From positions 1,664,001 through 1,728,000 of the forward strand of contig OY782781.1 of assembly GCA_963678315.1 (NCBI GenBank): a stretch of 64,000 nt of DNA, in the 5' to 3' direction. This document shows positions 1-9,861 of this stretch, piece after piece. The notes under the pieces were generated by a model. That model was not told where the DNA came from, made no database searches, and worked only from the letters and a program-made list of their open reading frames with translations. Position 1 is the stretch's first letter; each line of letters opens with the position of its first letter. Both the position numbers and the translations under genes were made by a program. This stretch comes from Candidatus Cloacimonadales bacterium. Lineage in GTDB: Bacteria > Cloacimonadota > Cloacimonadia > Cloacimonadales > JAFGVF01.

Positions 1-1
1 T

Positions 2-607
2 CCTGTAATCACTTTTGACCCAGTATTGGAAGTTGAAACTGCTGATTTACCATTGACAATAACTTGCCAAGCTATCGACCAAGATGATAATCTTGCTGAA
101 GTAAAATTATTTGCTGTTGTTAATGGAAATGCAAGAATGATCACAATGCAAGAAGACTTATCACAAGATGATACCTTTTTTTGTGATTGGGATTTCTCCG
201 AATATCTGAACGAAACTGATAATTTTGTGACATATAGGATTAATGCAACTGATTTAGCAGGTGCTTCTACTCAAACCGAAAATTTTACCTTAAATGTTGA
301 AGTTACACCTAACGCTAACAATGAAACAGAGCTTGTTACTGGTATTCTAAATACTTACCCAAACCCTTTTCATAACAATGTGTCTATTCAGTTTTCTAGT
401 AAATCAAACAATCAAACTATCTCTGTCTATAACATAAAGGGTCAACTTGTTAGAACTATTAAATCTACTGCTAAAGCTAACAGCCTTTCTTCTGTTAACT
501 GGGATGGAAGAGATTCTAATGGTAATAAATCTGCTACAGGTATCTACTACATAATCATGGATAATGGAAGAACAAAATCAACTAAGAAAGTTCTCTTAAT
601 GAAATAA
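2..607 (+). CDS. 3' part of secreted protein with FlgD-Ig/T9SS-type C-terminal sorting domain (5' truncated by window)
   Basis: Frame open from window start; C-terminus YPNPFHNNV..VYNIKGQLVR..WDGRD..GIYY..KKVLLMK. Confidence 0.85.
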   Translation, partial: PVITFDPVLEVETADLPLTITCQAIDQDDNLAEVKLFAVVNGNARMITMQEDLSQDDTFFCDWDFSEYLNETDNFVTYRINATDLAGASTQTENFTLNVEVTPNANNETELVTGILNTYPNPFHNNVSIQFSSKSNNQTISVYNIKGQLVRTIKSTAKANSLSSVNWDGRDSNGNKSATGIYYIIMDNGRTKSTKKVLLMK

Positions 608-627
608 ATATTTAATAAAGAATAGTT

Positions 628-839
628 TAAGGCTGACCTTGTGTCAGCCAACACTGGGAACGCCGGCATCCGTGCCGGCTTTAGCATGTATAGTTTATAG
701 TAAGGCTGACCACTGTGTCAACCAACACTGGGAACGCCGGCCTCCGTGCCGGCTTTAGTATGTATAGTTTATAGTAAGGCTGACCACTGTGTCAACCAAC
801 ACTGGGAACGCCGGCCTCCGTGCCGGCTTTAGTATGTAT
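628..839 (+). repeat. Tandem array of 3 x 73-74 bp units each with REP-like hairpin GGAAC-GCCGGC-(A/C)TCCGT-GCCGGC
   Basis: Units start at 628, 701, 775 and are nearly identical. Confidence 0.9.
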
Positions 840-907
840 CTACATGCTAAACAACATATTAGCAATGTAGCATTCTGATGAGTTACACCCTACATTTCTC
901 AGAAATT

Positions 908-995
908 CCAGGAATGTAAGCATCTTGCTTACAATTGAGACGTTTTCCCAAACGTCTTTACAAAATCATTTGGGAATGTAAGCATCTTGCTTACA
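908..995 (+). repeat. Two REP-like hairpins GGAAT-GTAAGC-ATCTT-GCTTAC flanking a GAGACGTT..AACGTCT hairpin
   Basis: Copies at 911 and 973; middle hairpin also present in the 44.4-46.2 kb array. Confidence 0.8.
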
Positions 996-1115
996 AAAAA
1001 ACACTATTTGCTTAAACATGAACATGGAAAAGCACATAACTGCTTTTCTTCCCCTTCAAATCAATTCTTTCCTTGACATCCTAACAGAATATTAATTTTG
1101 TATTTCTATTGGTAT

Positions 1116-1192
1116 GCCCCCGTAGCTCAGCTGGATAGAGCAGTGCCCTCCTAAGGCAAAGGCCAGCCGTTCGAATCGGCTCGGGGGTACCA
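1116..1192 (+). tRNA. tRNA-Arg (anticodon CCT)
   Basis: GCCCCCG/CGGGGGT acceptor stem, TAGCTCAGCTGGATAGAGC D arm, CTCCTAA anticodon loop, GTTCGAATC T loop, encoded CCA. Confidence 0.95.
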
Positions 1193-1359
1193 TTTAAGTT
1201 AATAAATTAACAATTAAAAATGATAAAAATCTTTAGTCCGGCATAGACGGAAGAACACTGATAACACTGATTAAACAGATGAAAAGAAATCAATTTGAGT
1301 TAATAAATAACAATTAAGAATGAAAAATAGATGTAGTGTAAGCCTCTAAAGATCTAATA

Positions 1360-1554
1360 GCAAACAAGATGCTTGCGTACCAGATAATGATGGAGTGTAA
1401 GCATCCACCGATAGGTTGAACCTAGTTCATGCTTACGCAAACAGATAGACAAACTTTCATTCGTCTAACCCCTAAAGGGATGACATATATTAGCATGTGT
1501 TTTTATACCCCATGTATGATGATTACAGTGATTTGAGTCCCCAAGGGACGGCAT
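1360..1554. repeat. Degenerate REP/palindrome mosaic, reverse-complement of modules at 44.6 kb and 61.1 kb
   Basis: GGAGTGTAAGCATCC..TTCATGCTTACGCAAA and CCCTAAAGGG..AGCATG..CCCCATG..GTCCCCAAGGGAC match other arrays in inverse orientation. Confidence 0.75.
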
Positions 1555-2069
1555 AATGAATAACTAAAAATGAACAATGAAAACCTTCAACTCGAACGCT
1601 TTAAACAATCAAACCATATCATAACACACTATGTACTTATCAAATATCAATAAAAGAATCCTCTATAAATATAATGGGCACACTTTTGGTAAATTAGGCA
1701 CACTTTTTTGAATTTTGTAAAAAAAGATATTATACTTGTTTCAGAGGGAATAATATTTGGTAAGCGTATAAATCAATAAATCATTATTTATCTAAAAAAC
1801 AGAACTCGAAAAAGAAATCTCTGTGCTGAAGGTAATCAAGAAGATGTTGAACTACTTCAACTTGAAAAACAAACATCACAGTAGCTGAATACATTACTAA
1901 ACAACTAGCCAAGAAACTGCTTGCTAAGAAACTTCACCAATTTACTCAAAAAGCTTAAATGCATATCTGAGAATAGATATTTATAATCTATTATTTCAAC
2001 AATTTTCTCATTTTCTTTTAATTGATAGTTAATGAGAATAAATTAATGATATCTAAATAGATAATGTTA

Positions 2070-2104
2070 AGCCTACAATCCTAAGCTATAGAAGATTGTA
2101 GGCT
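2070..2104 (-). terminator. Probable intrinsic terminator hairpin downstream of PD-(D/E)XK gene
   Basis: AGCCTACAATC..GATTGTAGGCT 11-bp inverted repeat. Confidence 0.55.
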
Positions 2105-2122
2105 GTTATTATTACTAGTTAT

Positions 2123-3472
2123 TTAGTTATCAATTTCACTGTTTAAATTACTTATTATACAGTCAGTTATTTTATCGATGAAGGGTTCTATTGATTTAAA
2201 GTATTCTTTTAGCTTCTTTTTGATAGTAACATCGTCTTCATCTAATAGTTTATTAGGGTTAGGTTTTGTTATTTCATAAAGTTTGTTTGTTTCAGTGTTT
2301 TTGTAATTTTTAGGGTAAATACAAATCCATTTTTGTTTAATCTCAGGTTTTTTCTTTACGTATAAAATATCTATATCTTTTATGTCTTCATAGAGTGCTT
2401 GTCTATAATTCTCATGTTCAGGAATGTGTGGAGCAATAGTAGCCTTCAACACTATTTTATTATCGATATCATTTTTTTTATAGTAAATTAGCTCAAATGC
2501 GAAAGATTCTTTTCCTTTCCACCAGTCTCCATAATTTTTATCTACAATTGTTTTTAGTTTCTTTGGATAAAACCTTGTTATGCCTTTGTTACAAGTAGCT
2601 ATAATATATTCGTTTTCATCATTATCTAATAACGATTCGTTCCTCTCATTAATTGCTTTTACTAAGTACTCGTGAAATTTTGAACATAAATCTGGTTTAT
2701 TATCATATATAAAATCTAATACATCTTTGTGTTGTTTATAGAAATGAGCTGCTTCCTGATTAATTTTTGATACCATTAATAACTCCTGATTAATAATATT
2801 TACATAGTCTTTTAAGTATATTTTAGTTTTGGTTTGAAGTTGATTACTATGAATTGTTAAAATAAAGTTTAAGTTGTGAGCTATCTCATAATATGAGTAA
2901 TTCATATAATATTCACTAACATTTTGTTCAGAAGGATCAGAACCAAATATTGTTAAATATACATAATGTTTTTCTTTCATTTTAAGTATTGGATCAGATT
3001 CAATGATATTTTTATATCTACTAAGTTGACCAGAATGGTCTTGTGAATCTATTTTGTTTTCAATAACAATCACATAATTATCTGAAATGATGAGTATATC
3101 AATATTTTTCCATTCTCTTCTAATCTCAATTGTACTATAATTGACTTTATCAATATCTAAAACAGATGTGTTTTCATTATTATCTCTAAATATATCCATC
3201 AATACTTTTTTTATAAATATTGAGCCAATTCCATGATTTTCATTTGGGTTTAGCAAATAGGCAAGGAATCTTGAATGCATTAATTCTTTTCTTTCATTAC
3301 CAAGGGCCCTAAATATATTAGGTTCAGTAATTGCTAGTTCCAATTTATCAAAATTTTCGTCCAATAACATTTTGTTGATATTGTTATAAAATTCATCTGA
3401 TTCGAGTTGCTGTTTTTTATTTTCAAGAAGTGATGATTCTTTTTCAGCAATATCATTTGCTTGCTCTGCCAA
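2123..3472 (-). CDS. PD-(D/E)XK nuclease family protein (PDDEXK_4-like)
   Basis: ELMHSRFLAYLLNPNENHG, IRRE, IDILI, VIENKIDSQDHSGQLSRY motifs; GGAGG RBS. Confidence 0.85.
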   Translation of the reverse strand: MAEQANDIAEKESSLLENKKQQLESDEFYNNINKMLLDENFDKLELAITEPNIFRALGNERKELMHSRFLAYLLNPNENHGIGSIFIKKVLMDIFRDNNENTSVLDIDKVNYSTIEIRREWKNIDILIISDNYVIVIENKIDSQDHSGQLSRYKNIIESDPILKMKEKHYVYLTIFGSDPSEQNVSEYYMNYSYYEIAHNLNFILTIHSNQLQTKTKIYLKDYVNIINQELLMVSKINQEAAHFYKQHKDVLDFIYDNKPDLCSKFHEYLVKAINERNESLLDNDENEYIIATCNKGITRFYPKKLKTIVDKNYGDWWKGKESFAFELIYYKKNDIDNKIVLKATIAPHIPEHENYRQALYEDIKDIDILYVKKKPEIKQKWICIYPKNYKNTETNKLYEITKPNPNKLLDEDDVTIKKKLKEYFKSIEPFIDKITDCIISNLNSEIDN

Positions 3473-3515
3473 TTTATCCTCCTATCTTTTTAAACAAATT
3501 TATATCCTTTAATTA

Positions 3516-3800
3516 TCATTTTTCATCTAATGAGAAATTCACAAAAGTGTATCCTTTAGCATTTCTCTTAATGTCAAACTTTGTTTTTTCATCTATCGCA
3601 ATTAGACTTTTAACTATCTTTTCTAAATCATTGTCGCTAAGTTCTTCTACATCAGTTTCTAAGAATATCATGCATTGAGCAGTTATGCCTTCCCAGGACC
3701 AAATTTGATATAGTGCTTCATATTTATCATCTTTTAAAATTCTTTCATAAAGTATGGTTGTGTCATCGTCTAATGGAACATCATTAAATTTTTCATTCAT
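3516..3800 (-). CDS. Hypothetical protein, 94 aa, acidic
   Basis: ATG with GAGGA RBS, co-oriented just upstream of nuclease. Confidence 0.65.
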   Translation of the reverse strand: MNEKFNDVPLDDDTTILYERILKDDKYEALYQIWSWEGITAQCMIFLETDVEELSDNDLEKIVKSLIAIDEKTKFDIKRNAKGYTFVNFSLDEK

Positions 3801-3884
3801 AATTTTCCTCTTGTATTTTTCAATATTATGATACTATTTATATTATAAGAATCACATAATTTTTTTGTCAAATTTATTTCTGAA

Positions 3885-5463
3885 TTAGCATACCCCCATT
3901 TTTTTTAAGTAAAATTGATTCGTAGTTGTAACTTGTCATGATATTCACCTTTATGAGGTACCATTTTCTTTAATTTAGAATTACTAAATATATGTTTTAT
4001 TATTCTACTAAGTTTATAATACACATAGGAATGCTTTATATTTTTTAGACTACCAAACTCCGGATATTGGTACAAAAGATCATCAATATAGCTTATCGAA
4101 GAATAAACAATATCTACCGCAACCATCAAAATAGTATTAATGTTTTTTAGTCCTATATAAGACATTAATTGAACACTTTCCCAGTTAAATTCTTGTTTTA
4201 TATGTCTATGAAACTCTTCAATTTTCCACCTTTTTCTATATCCTCGTAGAGTTTTCAATATAACCTCATAATCAATTAAACTATCATCGTTAAAATTGCA
4301 CAAGAAATAAAATAGTCCCCCTTTTTTACCATATCTTGCAATAACAAGATTTGCCTCAACTGTGTCTGGGTATTTTCTTTTGTGAGGATTGGTTCTTATC
4401 TTAACTTTTTTTACTCCACATCTTAAAACTGTTTTATCAGAAGTTATAACTTTATGTTTTAGTTTAACTTGCTTAACCACCGATACAAAATCAATTTCTT
4501 TATCATCAACAATGAGATCTCTTCTACCTGTACTTCGAAGTATATAGTTGTTTTCGTTTTGGGTGAGTAAATTTATTAGTTTGCGACTATCATAGCCTCT
4601 ATCAAAAACAAAAGTTCCTTTGTTATTGCTGTGAATGGTAATATCTATAATTTTATCTTCAAGCATGTTTTTTGAAGTGTCTTCCTCTATCTTGTTGCTA
4701 TATAACTTACTACATATAGGTAATATCGAATGATATTTACCATTATCTGTTAATGAAGTGATGTTGAATAAATGATAACCTTTAACACGTTTCCCCGTAG
4801 ATCCATCTCTAACTACTGATAGACCTTCTAATTTATTAGATCTTGGCTTAACAATATCCGAGTCATCAACAATAAAATAGGTATCTTTCGTAGCTTTTGA
4901 ACAGTTTGATTTTAATATATTATCACTAACTATATTTCCAAGCTTTTCTTTCTTAAGGTTTCTATATAATCTTTCACACACTTTGTCTAAACTAATGCTT
5001 TCATGTAAAGAAGTAGCTATCTGCCTTACTATTATTGAACCTGAAGAAATAATGCCTTTAGTTATGTCTTTCAATGCTTTATATTCAGGCTGACTTAATC
5101 CTTGTGCATACTTTTTTACTTTTTTGGAAAATTTCCCTTGCAATTTTACAACACTATTTTTTACTAATTTCATATTTAGAGAGCTCCCTATTTTTTGTTT
5201 TGTAGTAAATTCAATTTATTTAAGGAGCTCTTCTTTTTCAATAAATATTTTAATTTATTTTATTATTTATCAATTACTTATATCCCCTCGAAAAATGGCT
5301 TAATATTAGCCTTTTCTGGGAAGTTAAATTAAAATTTAATCATAAAGTTGATTTTTGAAATACATGCCGTAAATCTAATTTTTACCTGACAAACTATATC
5401 TCTAGAATACTTATTCACTCTTAGTTAGCTCTTTGGCTATATGGTTTTTTGGGGGTATGCTTG
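3885..5463 (-). mobile_element. IS4-family insertion sequence, 1579 bp
   Basis: Terminal IRs TTAGCATACCCCCA / TGGGGGTATGCTTG; 10-bp target duplication TATTTCTGAA at 3875-3884 and 5464-5473. Confidence 0.9.
3905..5173 (-). CDS. IS4-family DDE transposase
   Basis: IVDDSDIVK, FDRGYD, YRKRWKIEEFHR (Y-x2-R-x3-E) motifs. Confidence 0.9.
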   Translation of the reverse strand: MKLVKNSVVKLQGKFSKKVKKYAQGLSQPEYKALKDITKGIISSGSIIVRQIATSLHESISLDKVCERLYRNLKKEKLGNIVSDNILKSNCSKATKDTYFIVDDSDIVKPRSNKLEGLSVVRDGSTGKRVKGYHLFNITSLTDNGKYHSILPICSKLYSNKIEEDTSKNMLEDKIIDITIHSNNKGTFVFDRGYDSRKLINLLTQNENNYILRSTGRRDLIVDDKEIDFVSVVKQVKLKHKVITSDKTVLRCGVKKVKIRTNPHKRKYPDTVEANLVIARYGKKGGLFYFLCNFNDDSLIDYEVILKTLRGYRKRWKIEEFHRHIKQEFNWESVQLMSYIGLKNINTILMVAVDIVYSSISYIDDLLYQYPEFGSLKNIKHSYVYYKLSRIIKHIFSNSKLKKMVPHKGEYHDKLQLRINFT

Positions 5464-5571
5464 TATTTCTGAACAGTTAAAGTGGTTAGAGATTATCAAG
5501 AAACATCATCAAGAAAAAAGCTAAAATGCTTATTGAAAATAGAAATTTATAAGTTAATTATGAATAATTCT

Positions 5572-6585
5572 TTAATCCTCTTCTTTTTTTAGTTCATTCA
5601 ATATAACCTCTTCAAGTTCTTTTTTAGGAATAAGTAATTTATACTCAGCTACCCCTATTGGCTTATTAACATCTTCAAGAGCTATTTCAACATCAAGATG
5701 ATCTTTATCAGCACAAAGAATAATACCTATAGAAGGATTTTCATCCTCATTTTTTTCAATTTTATCTAACAGAGAAAGATAGAAGTTCATTTTACCAATA
5801 TACTCTGGTTTGAATGCTCCAAGCTTCAACTCAATAGCTATAAGCGAATGCAGCTTTCTATGATAAAAAAGTAAATCAATGAAATATTCTTTATTATTGA
5901 ATTCTAATCTATATTGATTCCCGATAAAAGTAAAACCTTTACCAAGTTCTAAAATAAAGAGTTTTATTTTCTCTACTAATTTCTTTTCTAGCTCTAATTC
6001 TTTCAAAGGTCTATTAACGCCAAGAAAACCTAGATTATATTTGCTTTTCAGAATTTCATCTGCTTGTAGTGAAAGAGATTCAGGTAGGGTTTGCACGAAA
6101 TTATGAGACTTATCGTAAGAAATTGAAAGTTTATAATCTTCAGCTTTGATATAGTTTAAAAGAAGGTCACGACTCCAACCATTTTGAATAGATTTATCTG
6201 CATAAAATAGGACTTCATCATCTGTTTTTGTTTTTGATAAAATTAATAAATTGTGTCCCCAAGGCAAAAGTGCGACAGTGCGTCGCACTTTTGCTGAAGA
6301 GTCTTTATATCTTTCATAAAACCTTTTCATATCCCATAAATTTCTGGGAGAAAGACCCAAATTAGGAAATTCCATTTTAAGATCTATCGATAATTTCTTA
6401 ACAACTTGGCTCCCATATCCTTGAGTAATTTTACGTTCGTGAAGCAATTGTCCCAAAATCCAATAAACTGATATTGTAGATTTATTAATCTGAATCGCAA
6501 TAGCATGTTTTGCTTTTCTTATCTCAGCAATAGCTGTATTCAACAAATTTGCATAATCTTTTGGGATTTCAATTTTCATTTTCAT
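5572..6585 (-). CDS. YhcG/DUF1016-family PD-(D/E)XK nuclease domain protein
   Basis: YWILG, GYGSQVV..LSIDL, SPRNLWDM, LPWGHN, LELGKGFTFIGNQY, IDLLFYH, IELK, GKMNFYL, IGIILC motifs. Confidence 0.92.
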   Translation of the reverse strand: MKMKIEIPKDYANLLNTAIAEIRKAKHAIAIQINKSTISVYWILGQLLHERKITQGYGSQVVKKLSIDLKMEFPNLGLSPRNLWDMKRFYERYKDSSAKVRRTVALLPWGHNLLILSKTKTDDEVLFYADKSIQNGWSRDLLLNYIKAEDYKLSISYDKSHNFVQTLPESLSLQADEILKSKYNLGFLGVNRPLKELELEKKLVEKIKLFILELGKGFTFIGNQYRLEFNNKEYFIDLLFYHRKLHSLIAIELKLGAFKPEYIGKMNFYLSLLDKIEKNEDENPSIGIILCADKDHLDVEIALEDVNKPIGVAEYKLLIPKKELEEVILNELKKEED

Positions 6586-6890
6586 TTCCTTTCTCTGATT
6601 AAAATCACATTAAATTTTTATTTTACTTCTTCTATATGGGTTCTTAAAACATTCTTTTTCTGTTAAATCAACTTTTTAATTGAAATATTTCTATAATGAT
6701 TCATGTAAATCCATAATATCAGCAGAGGGTAGTTAGAGTTATTTTTTTAATGAAAACAAGAGATCTATCGTTATCATTAGAAAAGTCTTCTCCTAATACA
6801 GGCCCAAAGAGTTAAATCCATTCAACCTCATAATCTATCAGGATGTCATGAAATCTCTCACTCTCATTTATTTCTATATCACAGATGATT

Positions 6891-7931
6891 TTATATTGAT
6901 TCAATAATTTTTAATGACTCTGTTATTTCTGCTAAATCATACACAGCGTATATAAAATCTCTAATTTTTATTGAGTGAGAACCAAATAAAATATGACCAT
7001 TTTCTAAACCGGAGTAATAACCTTCATACTCATCTCCATCATAGTTAATAACTGATCCTAATATATCATATTTTAACGAATTGCCTAGTCTAAACAATAT
7101 TCCCGTATTATTTGATAAATTTACGTTTTCAATTTCTCTTAAGATTGATTTTAAACATTTTCGTACGGCACCAGTTATATTCAGCCCATTTGCACCTAAT
7201 TTTATTTCCCATAGACTCCCAGTCTTGTATACTCTAGAGGAATCTCCACTAGCTCGGCATGGGCCACTAGGATGCTTATACCACCAGGCAGAACTACTGA
7301 TTAAATCTCTAGCCTCATTCCTGCTTAAAAACTCAAAATCATCAGAAAAAAATGGTTCTATTTCTCTTCTAATATTCTCGATCTCTTCATCAATCTTCTT
7401 TATCTTATCAATATCTACTGGATAAATATCCAGGGATTTGATTAGTGTAGTATAATTTTGTAGTTCTTTATCAATTTGTGCTAAATGTTCTCTAACATAA
7501 TTAGTTGCCTCTATGGCTATTGGAAAAGATTTTCTTTTCCAATCACTAACATTTCTGTTGATGTCATTGTGTTTACTGAAACCATTAGTTAGATATGATA
7601 AATTTATTTCTGAAGTCTGATTACTTCCTATAATTATAATATCATCATCTAATATAATCAAATTTGATTTAATACCTGTAATATGGCGTACTGAAATTCC
7701 CATATCTAAAAGCTGCTCAATAACAGTTAAAGAAGATTGGTTTGTAGCAAAATTTTTTAGCGAAAACTCAGTATATATTGTAATGTTTTTACTATTGCAA
7801 TTGGGTATCAAGTTTTCAATCAATTGAGAATTAACAGTTGAAGTAAATATAGTTACATTATAATCTTCTAAATTTTCGATAGACTTAGCTACCGAAAAAA
7901 TATTTTCAGTATAAATTTTAGTTTTATGCAT
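6891..7931 (-). CDS. Hypothetical protein with N-terminal PLD-nuclease-like domain lacking HxK
   Basis: TIYTEFS..FATNQSSLTVIEQLLDMG..ITGIKSNLIILDDDIIIIGS resembles PLDc_2 fold; strong AGGAGG RBS. Confidence 0.55.
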   Translation of the reverse strand: MHKTKIYTENIFSVAKSIENLEDYNVTIFTSTVNSQLIENLIPNCNSKNITIYTEFSLKNFATNQSSLTVIEQLLDMGISVRHITGIKSNLIILDDDIIIIGSNQTSEINLSYLTNGFSKHNDINRNVSDWKRKSFPIAIEATNYVREHLAQIDKELQNYTTLIKSLDIYPVDIDKIKKIDEEIENIRREIEPFFSDDFEFLSRNEARDLISSSAWWYKHPSGPCRASGDSSRVYKTGSLWEIKLGANGLNITGAVRKCLKSILREIENVNLSNNTGILFRLGNSLKYDILGSVINYDGDEYEGYYSGLENGHILFGSHSIKIRDFIYAVYDLAEITESLKIIESI

Positions 7932-8061
7932 GGGTATTATCCTCCTTTTTCCTTATAACTGAAACCAATACTATAGTGTTAAGTAATAATAAACTTGTCA
8001 ACCCCGATTTCAAATATTTTCTTTATATATAACATATTGAGGTTTTCTCCTTAAAGTTTAG

Positions 8062-8517
8062 CTAATCTCCCACACCTCTAATCAAGCAGCTAACAACCGA
8101 CATCCTCCCAATTTTCTTATTAGATTGGATAACTTGTATGCTTTTAGTATCATCATCTATATTTGAGTTATTGGAATTATATTTATTAACTAAATTAGTT
8201 AAGACTTTTTTATTTACTTCTTTTAAAGTAATAATATTCTAGTTTGAGATTATTTCTTGGAAGCTAATAGTTAATAAATCAATGTTTGATCTTTGTTTCA
8301 TATAGGCTAACATCAGTTTATAAAAAACGATATAGATGGATCTTAGTTTCAGCTTCATATTGATTCTTTGTAAATCATTTTTCTGATTAGGGGAGAGGAG
8401 TTTATATAGCTTAGCAAGATTCTTGGCATAGGCTTCCATTTTCTTGTTTTGGTCAAAACTTTTAGGCTTTACATATCTTCTAACAAAAAATGGATTCTTC
8501 CAGAGAATTTTATCCAA
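8062..8517 (-). pseudogene. 5'-truncated gene fragment with internal TAG
   Basis: ORF 8517-8239 continues 58 codons in frame after TAG to 8062; no RBS; 5' end abuts opposite-strand ferredoxin fragment. Confidence 0.45.
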
Positions 8518-8847
8518 AAGAAACTATTCGACTTAATGCATAGTAGAAAGAAACCATTTAGCAAGAAAAGATTAAAACTTCATACTTATGGTGAGGGAAT
8601 TGAGAATTACGTTTACACAGATGGAAATTGCACAGGCTGTGGCTTGTGTGCAAAAGTTTGTCCTGTAGATAATATAATTGTAGATACAAAGAATAAGAAA
8701 ATATCTCTACAAGATTCTTGTTTTGCCTGCTTCGCATGTATTCAAAACTGTCCATCACAAGCTATTCACATTAGGGGAGAAGTGAGTGGTAACAGATACC
8801 GTCATCCTCAAATTAAAGTAAGTGAAATTATTGAATCTAATAAGTAA
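8449..8847 (+). pseudogene. C-terminal 2x[4Fe-4S] fragment of EFR1-type flavodoxin-ferredoxin
   Basis: CTGCGLCAKVCP and CFACFACIQNCP plus RYRHP tail; flavodoxin N-domain and RBS absent. Confidence 0.65.
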
Positions 8848-8893
8848 GAATTATAGATAAACTAAAAGAATTAAAAAGTGTGCCTGTAATATT

Positions 8894-9029
8894 TAAGCCG
8901 GCTAGCATCAGTCTTCGCCTGACTAAAGGCCATCAGCGTTCCCAGTATAAGCCGGCTAGCAGCCGAGCGTTCCCAGTATAAGCCGGCTAGCATCAGTCTT
9001 CGCCTGACTAAAGGCAAAGCGTTCCCAGT
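8894..9029 (-). repeat. Three REP-like units (AAGCCGGCTAGCA..GCGTTCCCAGT), two with loop insertion
   Basis: Reverse complement of CTGGGAACGC REP family; units 1 and 3 contain TCAGTCTTCGCCTGACTAAAGG. Confidence 0.8.
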
Positions 9030-9036
9030 TTATGTC

Positions 9037-9606
9037 TTAAAATCTTTTCTTTATCTTATTGAGGAATTTAGTCTTTTTACTTCTTTTACCTGAAGTGGTG
9101 AAATCGCTATTATACCATTTGATATTTTTAAAACCGACTCCTTTTATAATCGCTTTAAAAGTGCCAGCAATAGGATTGCCAAAGCCAAATCTAAGCATGA
9201 TAGTTGGCATCTCTGATGTTGTAATTACAGTGGTTTTTTGGATATTACCCAATAAGCCAACAAGTCCAAGTTTTCCAAGATTATAAGCGTAGGTCTTAAG
9301 CATGACTTTATCAATGAAGCCTTTTAGGATTGCTGGTATCCCGAACCACCAAATAGGGAAGATGAAGACTATCTCATCGGAATCTTTTAAGATCGTTTGA
9401 TAGGCTTTTACTTGTTGGTCGCTAGTGTCTCCCTTGGAGAAGAGAGCCAAGTCCTGCTCTTTCATAACAGGGTTAAAATTATCTTTGTTAAGGTCTAATA
9501 GAACAAACTCTTTCTTCTTAGCTGTAAGGCTAGTTACTACTGTGTCCAATATTGCTTTATTGAAGGATCCATGCCAAGGGTGGGCAAAGACTATCGCTGT
9601 TTTCAT
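9037..9606 (-). CDS. NAD(P)H-dependent oxidoreductase, flavodoxin-2 fold (MdaB-like)
   Basis: AHPWHGSFN, FPIWWFGIPAILKGFIDKV; start moved to MKTAIV after GGAGA RBS. Confidence 0.88.
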   Translation of the reverse strand: MKTAIVFAHPWHGSFNKAILDTVVTSLTAKKKEFVLLDLNKDNFNPVMKEQDLALFSKGDTSDQQVKAYQTILKDSDEIVFIFPIWWFGIPAILKGFIDKVMLKTYAYNLGKLGLVGLLGNIQKTTVITTSEMPTIMLRFGFGNPIAGTFKAIIKGVGFKNIKWYNSDFTTSGKRSKKTKFLNKIKKRF

Positions 9607-9861
9607 CTTATCTCCTAGATAGTATTCTAAAAATATTCTTAACAATAAAGTAGCTAGATAATTGTATAAAGCAAGCTTCTTTTAATTAGAAGTGAAAATC
9701 TTTAATGCAATACAATCTAATAAATTTGCATTCTAAAGTCTTTTGAAGTTAACAGTGATAACTTTTTTAGTAAAATGTGATTTTTATGTTTGACAGCAAA
9801 GTGCGATTTTGAGCTATAGTCTCATTAGGTTAACACTATTAATTAAAAGAGGAGATTTTGT

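Noticed and set aside
628..839. Possible CRISPR array (also 23569-24132, 40888-41150, 44388-46229)
   Set aside because: Intervening sequences are near-identical rather than unique spacers, and no cas genes are present
1676..1980. GGCACACTTTT direct repeat and coding-like fragments
   Set aside because: No intact ORF or recognisable family; cannot be supported as a regulatory site or pseudogene from sequence alone
8239..8241. Stop-codon recoding at in-frame TAG
   Set aside because: TAG ends many clear genes here (e.g. rpmI); pseudogene is simpler
1116..8500. Prophage or integrative element at tRNA-Arg
   Set aside because: No integrase and no duplicated tRNA 3' end seen in the window
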